Shown piece after piece: positions 1-12,809 of a DNA stretch of 64,000 nt (positions are counted from its first letter, which is position 1; every line of letters begins with the position of its first letter). This DNA is from Dendrobates tinctorius (lineage: Eukaryota). Made by a program: the position numbers and the translations under genes. The notes beneath the pieces were generated by a model, which saw nothing but the letters and a program-made list of their open reading frames with translations, was not told the origin of the DNA and searched no databases. The DNA is taken from contig NW_027361671.1 of the NCBI RefSeq assembly GCF_039654945.1, positions 103,292,001 to 103,356,000 on the forward strand, given 5' to 3'.

Positions 1-776
1 TTCACACAGCATTACATGTTGCAGGCACTACACACGCTAGTCCTCCTCTGACTAGCTCCCATGGGTGTCCTGCACCACTGCATCACTGTCTGTTTACTCA
101 CACAGCCGTACACAGTCCAGGATATCCTCCGGATCGCAGCTGGGCACCATATCTACCTGCTTTGCAATCGTTACGCACGCCAGTCTTCTTTCGGGCACAG
201 GACTGTCCACATCCAAGACCAGTCACCGTGGATGACTTGCATCTCTGTGTACACTAGGGGTTGCCAGGCCTATCTCTGGTCCTGACACACCTGAGACTCA
301 CTAAGCCCTCACTCAGCCCTACTCAGATCTCCCTAACCCTTTCCTGCAGGGCTTTTATCACAGAAACCTGTGGCTTTCAGCCACATGGAAAATCTGGATC
401 CAGAATGGAACAGCCTGCACAAACTACTATCATACTGCAATCTGTTTCAAACACAACATCCAGAGCAAGTTTTCCCTACCTCTGTCTTGGACACTAACAT
501 GTCCAAGACTAACACTTACTTTTTTTATCAGTCTGCATTGCAGTCACAGCTACGCCCGTGACTGCCATGCACACCTATGGCATTCATACACCTCCATGCA
601 TATCCTGGGTAGACTACACAGCGACCCCTACCTGTGACATCGGTCACTGCTTCCCCATTGCAACCCCAGCTACGCCTGTGAATGCAATGCATTCCCATAG
701 CCTCAATACGCCTCCATGCGTACCTTGGGGAGAACATACAGCGCCCCCTAGCTGTAACAGGGGTTACTGCCTCACA
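1..776 (-). mobile_element. 3' LTR (cut by window edge) of a Gmr1-like Ty3/Gypsy retrotransposon
   Basis: Direct repeat of 2691-2732 plus 13683-14394. Ends ...CTGCCTCACA at 776, next to a minus-strand polypurine tract (plus strand tatcccctcccctt). Confidence 0.85.
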
Positions 777-2412
777 TATCCCCCTCCCTTGTTCAAACCT
801 GTGGGGATGAACACTTGACTCCCCACATGGGCGTGAGACAGGGCATCTGCATGTCCCTGTGACATCCCCGCCTGACACTGCACTAAGAAACCAAAGTAGG
901 GTCTGGAACCATCGATCAGCGCATGCATCCCTCCCCTTTGCGTATCTCCTCCATACTTCCATTACGGGACCACCCACCTCGCCGTTCTCCATTGCAGACG
1001 CCACGCTCACTTTCACATTAAACTGTAGATTTGGGCCGATTTTGGGTCGTCTCTACTTTGTTTATTTTGGGTTCAGTAACCCCGCATCTCATTCTGTCAC
1101 CTTTGTACTTGCCTTCGGGCCTCTGGTACTATTTCCTCCGTACCCTTACCAGTGCCTCGGTGACTACGTCACACTGAAACGCAGTGGTCTGCGCTGGCAA
1201 CTCATAGTATCCATCTTTATCACATCGCACCCGAACCTGAGACTCCCGACACTGCTGTCTAGCAAGTGCTCTATTTTACCCTGATCCCCAGTCACATCCT
1301 TGGCAGGTGCCAGAGGGTTCCTCGTGCGCATGTCCCCAGTCGCCTCTGCGACCACACACTCCTGGTTCTTCCCGGCGTTCTTTCTAAACCTGCAGTTTTT
1401 ACACCAGTTTCTCTGCATGGGACCCTGGAACTGAGCTGTCCCAAACTTACCAGGGGACATTTCCAGCTCTGGGTTCAGTGGAGTCTCCACGCTCTCTACT
1501 GCAACAACCTCTAGGGGGAGCCTATCGGGGTTACACTCTGTACCTACATTGGCAACCCCTGAGGAAGATATCTCAACATCTTTGGGTTCTGCGCCCAAAA
1601 CAACCATTTTCATCTTCTCTTGCCAATACCTCTACTTTCCGTCGTTTGGGGTTGTCCCCGGCAACAATGTACCTATCGACCAACGTCACTTTGCTCTCTG
1701 AGTCCAGAAGAGCCTCTGTGCAGCACCCGTTCACAAGTGCCTGGCACAGTCGCTGTTCGCTGTGAGCAGTGCCCACAGTGGTGGTACAGACCGGCTGGGC
1801 ACTCAGATTCATGGCGAGTATACCCTCAGTCCATGGGCTCAGATGTCACAGAACAGTTACTAGCCCCATGTCCAGGCTCTGGTACAATGTCCTGTGTGGG
1901 TTTATACCGCTCAATCAATCCCATCAGTAGGTCCAGATTGCCCAGGACCCGTTGCCCGACCCAACGCTGCATGGCGTCAGGCAGAGCCCGCACCATCCGA
2001 TCAACCACAACTTTCACCATCATCTCGATTGGGGAAAAAAAACTCAGGCTGGAGCCACTCCTCCACCAACTGCAACAAGACATTTGCCTGAGACCTGGCA
2101 GGCCGAGACTCTACATATGTCCAAGGGTACACCAAATGATCACCCCTTACCTTTGGGGTCTCTTCATGACTCTGCTGATTGCCCCTCACCTTAGGGGTCT
2201 CCTCTTTACCCCACTGAAGCTCTGGTAGCTTCCACTGCAGCGCCTCTTGCTGCTGTAACTGCAGCTCCTGCAGAACCTCTTGCTGCAACTGCTGCTGACT
2301 GTGCACAAACTGCTCCAAAAGTTCCTCCATATTTCCAGCAGACATGCTCACTGATCTGCAGCACTCTTTGGGGTATGCCTCAGTTCACACTGCCTGCATT
2401 CTTTCCACCATA
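777..2412 (-). pseudogene. Internally deleted, decayed gag-pol of a Gmr1-like LTR retrotransposon
   Basis: Minus-strand remnants: gag N-terminus (MEELLEQFVHSQQQ), capsid/SCAN-like VVVDRMVRALPDAMQRWVGQ...LIERY, protease ALLDS, and RNase H end GHADALS at about 833-870 directly before the PPT. PBS at 2391-2410 resembles the tRNA-Ala 3' end. Confidence 0.7.
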
Positions 2413-2732
2413 TGTAAGGCAGCCGTAGCACCGTACGCAGTGAAGAGGCAGTGACCCACAAAATTCAAACACAAAAGTCTATTTAATATGTTTCCTCACA
2501 GCATTAAAAGTCCAATCCACACAAGTGCATATAATTTCAGTGCATGTATCTTCAGTGTATATAACTAGTATCCATTTCACCATTTGCAGAATATATATTA
2601 TACGACAACGTTCATTTTACAGATACTAAACACGCCAGTTTTCCTCTGACTAGTTCCCGTGGGAGTCTATGCGCCGTATCCAAGACTCTATTCACAGAGC
2701 ATTACATGTTGCAGGCACTACACACGCTAGTC

Positions 2733-3607
2733 TGTTATGAATGAGAAACCGTGGAGGAAAAAACAAGACAAAAGCTAAGTCTCAGAAAACCAGAGAAGTT
2801 GGTAACTATGCAGATTGCAGATTCTTGATCTTAACCGCACAACTAGAAGCAGTCGTGGAGCGTTCCTATGTTGGTCCTAGACGCCTCATCACAACCGGAG
2901 AACTACATAATCCTAAAGCAGGAAAAGAGGAAAACTAACTGCCCCAGAGCAGACCCCAAAGGAAAGACAGCCCCCCACATGTATTGACAGTGAAACAAGA
3001 TGAAAATACAAACAAAGGCAGGAAAATAGGCTGAGCAAACGATGGGGCCCGGCTAACTAAAAAGGACAGAAAAAGAAAGACACTGTCTGCAATCTGCCAA
3101 AAACAACCTACAAAAATATTGTCCAACACTTCTGATAGCAAAATTAACCCTGAAGTCACTAGACTTCTAAACCTATATCAGCACTCTGAAATATTCTGAG
3201 ACAGAGCAAAAAAGAGGCCAATCTAATAAGGGACAAAAAGCAGATTGGCAAATACTGATTTAAAGGAGTGGAATTTCAGGATAGCCCCAGCAGGGGCAGG
3301 CTGATTACACAACAAACTGAATTGACCAACAAGCGCAAGTGTGAACGATAGCAAAAAACAAACTTAACTTGAGAAGACTGGAAGAGAGCTGAAGTCCAGG
3401 ACCTAAGAAGCAGACTGAATCACCAGCACCCGGATAGGGCGTCGGCTGTCTTATATCCAGTCTGATACTCCAGAGATCCAATCGTTATCTTCCTCATCAG
3501 GTGGCAGATCACTACCACTTAAACCAACCGCACTACCTCCTGTCACCACCAGAGGGAGAACGGAAGGGGAACTCTCAACTGGTGGAGCAGAAAATGAGTT
3601 CATGACA
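2733..3607 (-). repeat. Gypsy LTR 1 (3' LTR)
   Basis: TG...CA termini with 9-bp inverted ends; repeats at 7770 and 12810. Confidence 0.95.
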
Positions 3608-6600
3608 TTACCCCCCCCCCCGAGGAGGGGTCACCGAACCCTCATCCATGCCACCAGGCTGATCAGGATGGGCCCGGTGAAAAGCACGAACCAATTTATT
3701 GGCATGAATATCAGAGGCAGAGACCCAAGAATTATCCTCCAGCCCTTAACCCTTCCATTTGACCAAATACTGGAGTCTCCGTCTAACCAAACGAGAATCC
3801 AATATTTTCTCTACCTCATATTCCACATTGCCTTTAACCAATACAGGATCAGGAGGTGCCGCCACAGGAACTACTAGCTCTACAAACCTCTTCAACAGTG
3901 ACTTGTGAAATACGTTATGGATTTTGAACGTAACTGGAAGAGCCAATCGAAAAGAAACAGGATTAAGAATCTCCAAAATCTTATAAGGTCAAATAAATCT
4001 TGGCTTAAATTTTGGAGATGCAACCTTCATAGGAATATTCTTAGACGACAGCCAAACCATATCACACACTTTAAACCGGGGACCAATGGTCCTACGCCGG
4101 TTGGAAAAACGCTGGGCCTTTTCCTGAGAGAGTGAAAACTTATCCACCACTTGGTCCCATATCTGCTGCATTCTCACAACCACAGTGTCCACACCTGGGC
4201 AGGACGAATATTCCACTTGCCCTGAAGAGAATCGAGGAAGAAACCCAAAATTACAGAAAAAGGGTGACATCAGAGTGGCAGAACTAGCTCTATTGTTCAG
4301 CGCAAATTCGGCCAAGGGCAAAAATGAGACCCAATCATCTTCATCAGCAGATATAAAACATCTTAAATAAGACTCCAGGGTCTGGTTTGTTCTCTAAGTC
4401 TGCCCATTGGTCTGGGGATGAAACGCGGAGGAGAAGGATAACTGAATTCCCAGATTGGAACAAAAGGCTTTCCAGAATCTGGAAACAAACTGGACCCCTC
4501 TATCGGACACAATGTTCTCAGGAATCCCGTGTAACCGAACCACCTGTTGTAAAAACAAGGGCACCAACTCAGCGGAAGATGGCAACTTTGGGAGTGGTAC
4601 AAGATGGACCATCTTCGAAAATCTATCACAAATCACCCACTCTGAGAGACAGGAAGATCAGAAATAAAATCCATTGAGATATGGGTCCATGGCCTCCTGG
4701 GCACCGGCAGGGGCATCAGCAACCCACTAGAACGAGAACAGGGTTTAGACCGAGAACAAGTCCCACAGGACTGTACAAAATTCCTGACATCACGAGATAA
4801 GGCAGGCCACCAAAACGACCGACTCACCAAATCTCTGGTACCAAAAATACACGGATGACCAGCCAATGCGGAGCAATGGACTTCAGACATCACTCTGTTT
4901 CTCCACTGGTCAGGAACATACAATCTTCCCATAGGGCAACGCTCAGGTTTATCCTCCTGAAATTCCTCCAGGGCGCGTCTCAAATCGGGCAAAATGGCAG
5001 AAAGAACTACCCCCTCACCTAGGATAGTAGTAGGCTGGGTCACATTAAGAGAATCAGCAAAGAAACTCCTAGAAAGGGCGTCTGCCTTTACATTCTTAGT
5101 GCCCGGAAGAAAAGAGACCACAAAATTAAAACGCGTGAAAAACAAGACCCATCTAGCCTGTCTAGGATTCAAGCGTTTGGCCGACTCCAAATAAATCAGA
5201 TTCTTGTGATCGGTGAGGACCACAAATTGATGTCTAGCTCCCTCCAACCAATGTCTCCACTCCTCAAATGCCCATTTCATGGCCAACAATTCCCGATTCC
5301 CCACATCATAGTTGCATTCAGATGGGGAGAACTTTCGAGAAAAGAAGGCACAGGGATTCATCTTAGAAGTCACAGGGTCTTTTTGGGACAACACAGCTCC
5401 TGCACCAATCTCAGAAGCGTCCACCTCCACTTGAAATGGAAGTGAGACATCAGGTTGCCGTAAAACTGGAACTGAAGTAAATCTCCGCTTAAGCTCCTGA
5501 AATGCTGAAACCGCCTCAGGAGACCAATTCAACACATCAGCTCCCTTCTTGGTCAGATCAGTCAGTGGTTTGACAATACTAGAAAAATTGCCTATAAATT
5601 TACGATAGAAATTAGAAAAACCCAAAAACTTCTGGAGAGCCTTCAAAGAAGTAGGCTGAACCATAAATGGCCTGTACCTTGGCCGGGTCCATTTCAATAG
5701 TCGATGGAGACAAGATAAATCCCAAAAATGAAATCCTATGTACACCAAAGAGGCACTTCAATCCCTTAACAAACAGGGAATTCTCCCTCAAAATCCGGAA
5801 CACAGTCCGGACATGTTACACCTGGGAATCCCAATCACTAGAAAAGATCAAAATATCATCCAGATAGATGATCAAAAACTTATCCACAAAGTCTCGGAAA
5901 ATATCATTCATAAAGGATTGGAAGACAGAAGGGGCATTAGTGAGCCCAAAAGGCATCACCAGGTACTCAAAATGTCCCTCCGGAGTATTAAACGCCGTCT
6001 TCCATTCATCCCCGTGCTTGATCCGAATAAGATTATACGCCCCCCTGAGGTCAAGCTTAGTAAACCAGCAGGCACTCTTAACACTGGAGAATAAATCAGA
6101 CATCAGAGGTAACGGGTACTGATATTTAACCGTCATCTTGTTAAGGGAACGATAATCAATACACGGTCTTAATGAACCATCTTTCTTGGCCACAAAAAAA
6201 AAACCAGCGCCTAACGGTGACGAGGATGGTCTAATATGACCCTTCTCCAACGACTCCTTAATATAAGATCGCATAGCATCATGTTCGGGTACAGATAAGT
6301 TGAAAAGCCGACCCTTGGGAAATTTACACCCAGGCATCAACTCAATTGCACAGTCATAACTCCTATGAGGAGGCAAAGACGCAGATTTACTCTCACGAAA
6401 TACATCAGAGAAATCAGCCAGATAATCAGGAATAACATGAGACTGAGGAGAGGTGGAGAAAACAGGGGCGTCCCTAAGAACACACTGACAACCCCAACTC
6501 ACCACAGACACAGATTTCCAATCCAAAACTGGGTTATGAGTTTGCAACCAGGGGAAACCCAGAACAATAGTATCATGCAAATTATGCAGCACCAAAAATT

Positions 6601-7645
6601 TACAATTTTCTTGGTGGTCTGGGGCAACTCGCATTATCACCTGGGTCCAAAACTTAGGTTTATTCTCCGCCAAAGGAGTGGCATCAATACCCCTCAAAGG
6701 AATGGGCGTCTGCAGAGGCATCATGGAAAAACCACAACGTTTAGCAAAGTCCAAATCCATCAGATTCAGAGCTGCTCCTGAATCCACAAAAGCCTTAGTG
6801 GAAAATGTGGACAAGGAGCAGATCAGAGTAATTGCCAAAAGGAACTTAGGTTGTATACTGCCCACAGCAAATGTGTGTGCAAAACATTTCTCTCGTTTAG
6901 GGCAGACAGAAATAGTATGAGAGGCGTCTCCACAGAAAAAACACAGCTTATTACGCCTTCTAAACTCCCGACGTTGTGCCCTAGACAAAACCCCATCACA
7001 TTGCATAGGTTCAGACATTTGTTCAAAAAGTGGCAGTGCCTCCCGTGTAGTTTTACGTTCATGTAAACGCCGATCAACTTGAATGGCTAATGACATAGAG
7101 CCATCCAGACCAGAGGGAACAGGAAATCCCACCATAACATCTTTTATGGTCTCTGACAAACCTTTCCAAAAGAGAGCTGCCAATGCTCTATCATTCCATA
7201 TAGTAAGGACCGCCCACTTTCGGAATTTTTGACAGTACAACTCTGCAGGATCCTGACCCTGGTTTAATGCCATCAGGGTTCTCTCAGCTTGATCAACGGT
7301 ATTAGGTTCATCATACAACAACCCCAAGGCCTTAAAAAATGCATCCACATTAGTCAGAATAGGATTTTCAGGTGTCAGAGAAAAAACCCAATCTTGGGGA
7401 TCGCCGCCCAGCAAGGAGATGACAACTTTAACCTGCTGCACAGAGCTCCCCGATGAGTTAGGCTTCAAAGCAAGAAATAATTTACAATTATTCTTAAAAT
7501 TCAGAAATTTAGACCAATCCCCAGAAAACACATCAGGAGTAGGAATCTTGGGTTCAGCAGCATGTGACTGAATAAGGTAGGTGGAAATTCCCTGTACTTC
7601 AGCAGCAAGTTGCTCCACACGATCAGACAGTTGCTTAATCTCCAT
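3608..7645 (-). pseudogene. gag-pol copy 1 (gag, CCHC knuckle, protease, RT, RNase H, integrase, chromodomain), disrupted
   Basis: ORF 5816-7645 has [20 protein letters not shown] and YLDD. ORF 4633-5748 has RNase H DAS...ELLA...TDH...ADALSR and the integrase HHCC. Integrase core SDRG...HPQTNGQT; chromodomain EYEVEKILDSR...YLVKWKG. Several stops and frameshifts. Confidence 0.95.
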
Positions 7646-7769
7646 TAGGAAAAAAAAATCCTCCTACAGCCCCTGAAAAAAAAAGGAAAAAATACATAGA
7701 AAAAAAGTGTCAGAATTTCTTTCCTGCTTTTGAGTACCCTAGAATCTGCGGTATGGGGGCTGGTGATTC

Positions 7770-8636
7770 TGTTATGAATGGGAAACCGAGAAGGAAAAAA
7801 CAAGACAAAAGCTAAGTCTCAGAAAACCAGAGAAGTTGATAACTATGCAGATCCCTGATCTTAACCGCACAACTAGAAGCAGTCGTGGAGCGTTCCTACG
7901 TTGGTCCTAGACGCCTCGTCACAACCGGAGAATTACATAAGCCTAAAGCAGGAAAAGAGGAAAACTAACTGCCCCAGAGCAGACCCCAAAGGAGAGACAG
8001 CCCCCCACATGTATTGACGGTGAAACAAGATGAAAATACAAACAAAGGCAGGAAAATAGGCTGAGCAAACGATGGGGCCCGGCTAACTATAAAGGACAGA
8101 AAAGGAAAGACACTGTCTGCAATCTGCCAAAAACAACCTACAAAAATATTGTCCAACACTTCTGATAGCAAAATTAACCCTGAAGTCACTAGACTTCTAA
8201 ACCTATATCAGCACTCTGAAATATTCTGAGACAGAGCAAAAAAGAGGCCAATTTAATAAGGGACAAAAGCAGATTGGCAAATACTGATTTAAAGAAGTGG
8301 AATTTCAGCATAGACCCAGCAGGGGCAGGCTGATTACACAACAAACTGAATTGACCAACAAGCGCAAGTGTGAACAATAGCAAAAAACAAACTTAACTTG
8401 AGAAGACTGGAAGAGAGCTGAAGTCCAGGACCTAAGAAGCAGACTGAATCACCAGCACCCGGATAGGGCGTCGGCTGTCTTATATCCAGTCTGATACTCC
8501 AGAGATCCAATCGTTATCTTCCTCATCAGGTGGCAGATCACTACCACTTAAACCAACCGCACTACCTCCTGTCACCACCAGAGGGAGAACGGAAGGGGAA
8601 CTCTCAACTGGTGGAGCAGAAAATGAGTTCATGACA
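7770..8636 (-). repeat. Gypsy LTR 2 (shared central LTR)
   Basis: About 4 differences from LTR 3. Flanked by a PBS-like sequence on the left and a PPT on the right. Confidence 0.95.
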
Positions 8637-11600
8637 TTACCCCCCCCCTGAGGAGGGGTCACCGAACCCTCATCCATGCCACCACGCTGATCAGGATGGG
8701 CCCGGTGAAAAGCACGAACCAATTTACTGGCATGAATATCAGAGGCAGAGACCCAAGAATTATCCTCCAGCCCTTAACCCTTCCATTTGACCAAATACTG
8801 GAGTCTCCGTCTAACCAAATGAGAATCCAATATTTTCTCTACCTCATATTCCACATTGCCTTTAACCAATACAGGATCAGGAGGTGCCGCCACAGGAACT
8901 ACTAGCTCTACAAACCTCTTCAACAGTGACTTGTGAAATACGTTATGGATTTTGAACGTAACTGGAAGAGCCAATCGAAAAGAAACAGGATTAAGAATCT
9001 CCAAAATCTTATAAGGTCCAATAAATCTTGGCTTAAATTTTGGAGATGCAACCTTCATAGGAATATTCTTAGATGACAGCCAAACCATATCACACACTTT
9101 AAACCGGGGACCAATGGTCCTACGCCGGTTGGAAAAACGCTGGGCCTTTTCCTGAGAGAGTGAAAACTTATCCACCACTTGGTCCCATATCTGCTGCATT
9201 CTCACAACCACAGTGTCCACACCTGGGCAGGACGAAGATTCCACTTGCCCTGAAGAGAATTGAGGAAGAAACCCAAAATTACAGAAAAAGGGTGACATCA
9301 GAGTGGCAGAACTAGCTCTATTGTTCAGCGCAAATTCGGCCAAGGGCAAAAATGAGACCCAATCATCTTCATCAGCAGATATAAAACATCTTAAATAAGA
9401 CTCCAGGGTCTGGTTTGTTCTCTAAGTCTGTCCATTGGTCTGGGGATGAAACGCGGAGGAGAAGGATAACTGAATTCCCAGATTGGAACAAAAGGCTTTC
9501 CAGAATCTGGAAACAAACTGGACCCCTCTATCGGACACAATGTTCTCAGGAATCCCGTGTAACCGAACCACCTGTTGTAAAAACAAGGGCACCAACTCAG
9601 CGGAAGATGGCAACTTTGGGAGTGGTACAAGATGGACCATCTTCGAAAATCTATCACAAATCACCCAGATAACAGTCATTCTCTGAGAGACAGGAAGATC
9701 AGAAATAAAATCCATTGAGATATGGGTCCATGGCCTCTTGGGCACCGGCAGGGGCATCAGCAACCCACTAGAACGAGAACAGGGTTTAGACCGAGAACAA
9801 GTCCCACAGGACTGTACAAAATTCCTGACATCACGAGATAAGGCAGGCCACCAAAACGACCGACTCACCAAATCTCTGGTACCAAAAATACATGGATGAC
9901 CAGCCAATGCGGAGCAATGGACTTCAGACATCACTCTGTTTCTCCACTGGTCAGGAACATACAACCTTCCCATAGGGCAACGCTCAGGTTTATCCTCCTG
10001 AAATTCCTCCAGGGCGCGTCTCAAATCGGGCAAAATGGCAGAAAGAACTACCCCCTCACCTAGGATAGTAGTAGGCTGGGTCACATTAAGAGAATCAGCA
10101 AAGAAACTCCTAGAAAGGGCGTCTGCCTTTACATTCTTAGTGCCCGGAAGAAAAGAGACCACAAAATTAAAACGCGTGAAAAACAAGACCCATCTAGCCT
10201 GTCTAGGATTCAAGCGTTTGGCCGACTCCAAATAAATCAGATTCTTGTGATCTGTGAGGACCACAAATTGATGTCTAGCTCCCTCCAACCAATGTCTCCA
10301 CTCCTCAAATGCCCATTTCATGGCCAACAATTCCCGATTCCCCACATCATAGTTGCGTTCAGATGGGGAGAACTTTCGAGAAAAGAAGGCACAGGGATTC
10401 ATCTTAGAAGTCACAGGGTCTTTTTGGGACAACACAGCTCCTGCACCAATCTCAGAAGCGTCCACCTCCACTTGAAATGGAAGTGAGACATCAGGTTGCC
10501 GTAAAACTGGAACTGAAGTAAATCTCCGCTTAAGCTCCTGAAATGCTGAAACCACCTCAGGAGACCAATTCAACACATCAGCTCCCTTCTTGGTCAGATC
10601 AGTCAGTGGTTTGACAATACTAGAAAAATTGCCTATAAATTTACGATAGAAATTAGAAAAACCCAAAAACTTCTGGAGAGCCTTCAAAGAAGTAGGCTGA
10701 ACCATAAATGGCCTGTACCTTGGCCGGGTCCATTTCAATAGTCGATGGAGACAAGATAAATCCCAAAAATGAAATCCTATGTACACCAAAGAGGCACTTC
10801 AATCCCTTAACAAACAGGGAATTCTCCCTCAAAATCCGGAACACAGTCCGGACATGTTACACATGGGAATCCCAATCACTAGAAAAGATCAAAATATCAT
10901 CCAGATAGATGATCAAAAACTTATCCACAAAGTCTCGGAAAATATCATTCATAAAGGATTGGAAGACAGAAGGGGCATTAGAGAGCCCAAAAGGCATTAC
11001 CACGTACTCAAAATGTCCCTCCGGAGTATTAAACGCCGTCTTCCATTCATCCCCGTGCTTGATCCGAATAAGATTATACGCCCCCCTGAGGTCAAGCTTA
11101 GTAAACCAGCAGGCACTCTTAACACTGGAGAATAAATCAGACATCAGAGGTAACGGGTACTGATATTTAACCGTCATCTTGTTAAGGGAACGATAATCAA
11201 TACACGGTCTTAATGAACCATCTTTCTTGGCCACAAAAAAAAAAACCAGCGCCTAACGGTGACGAGGATGGTCTAATATGACCCTTCTCCAACGACTCCT
11301 TAATATAGGATCGCATAGCATCATGTTCGGGTACAGATAAGTTGAAAAGCCGACCCTTGGGAAATTTACACCCAGGCATCAACTCAATTGCACAGTCATA
11401 ACTCCTATGAGGAGGCAAAGACGCAGATTTACTCTCACGAAATACATCAGAGAAATCAGCCAGATAATCAGGAATAACATGAGACTGAGGAGAGGTGGAG
11501 AAAACAGGGGCGTCCCTAAGAACACACTGACAACCCCAACTCACCACAGACACAGATTTCCAATCCAAAACTGGGTTATGAGTTTGCAACCAGGGGAAAC

Positions 11601-12686
11601 CCAGAACAATAGTATCATGCAAATTATGCAGCACCAAAAATTTACAATTTTCTTGGTGGTCTGGGGCAACTCGCATTATCACCTGGGTCCAAAACTTAGG
11701 TTTATTCTCCGCCAAAGGAGTGGCATCAATACCCCTCAAAGGAATGGGCGTCTGCAGAGGCGTCATGGAAAAACCACAACGTTTAGCAAAGTCCAAATCC
11801 ATCAGATTCAGAGCTGCTCCTGAATCCACAAAAGCCTTAGTGGAAAATGTGGACAAGGAGCAGATCAGAGTAATTGCCAAAAGGAACTTAGGTTGTATAC
11901 TGCCCACAGCAAATGTGTGTGCAAAACATTTCTCTCGTTTAGGGCAGACAGAAATAGTATGAGAGGCGTCTCCACAGAAAAAACACAGCTTATTACGCCT
12001 TCTAAACTCCCGACGTTGCGCCCTAGACAAAACCCCATCACATTGCATAGGTTCAGACATTTGTTCAAAAAGTGGCAGTGCCTCCCGTGTAGTTTTACGT
12101 TCATGTAAACGCCGATCAACTTGAAGGCTAATGACATAGAGCCATCCAGACCAGAGGGAACAGGAAATCACACCATAACATCTTTTACGGTCTCTGACAA
12201 ACCTTTCCAAAAGAGAGCTGCCAATGCTCTATCATTCCATATAGTAAGGACCGCCCACTTTCGGAATTTTTGACAGTACAACTCTGCAGGATCCTGACCC
12301 TGGTTTAATGCCATCAGGGTTCTCTCAGCTTGATCAACGGTATTAGGTTCATCATACAACAACCCCAAGGCCTTAAAAAATGCATCCACATTAGTCAGAA
12401 AAGGATTTTCAGGTGTCAGAGAAAAAACCCAATCTTGGGGATCGCCGCCCAGCAAGGAGATGACAACTTTAACCTGCTGCACAGAGCTCCCCGATGAGTT
12501 AGGCTTCAAAGCAAAAAATAATTTACAATTATTCTTAAAATTCAGAAATTTAGACCAATCCCCAGAAAACACATCAGGAGTAGGAATCTTGGGTTCTGCA
12601 GCATGTGACTGAATAAGGTAGGTGGAAATTCCCTGTACTTCAGCAGCAAGTTGCTCCACACAATCAGACAGTTGCTTAATCTCCAT
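8637..12686 (-). pseudogene. gag-pol copy 2, disrupted
   Basis: ORFs 12168-12737, 11197-12210, 10857-11234, 9422-10789 and 8774-9349 carry the same domains as copy 1, with shared and private lesions. Confidence 0.95.
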
Positions 12687-12809
12687 TAGGAAAAAAAATC
12701 CTCCTACAGCCCCTGAAAAAAAGAGGAAAAAATACATAGAAAAAAAGTGTCAGAATTTCTTTCCTGCTTTTGAGTACCCTAGAATCTGCGGTATGGGGGC
12801 TGGTGATTC

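Noticed and set aside
2391-2410. tRNA gene
   Set aside because: Only a 20-nt match to a tRNA 3' end next to an LTR, so a primer-binding site; no cloverleaf.
5816-7645. Domesticated RTL1/PEG10-like gene
   Set aside because: Flanked by LTRs, PPT and TSD, duplicated and carrying stops; it is a retrotransposon, not a host gene.
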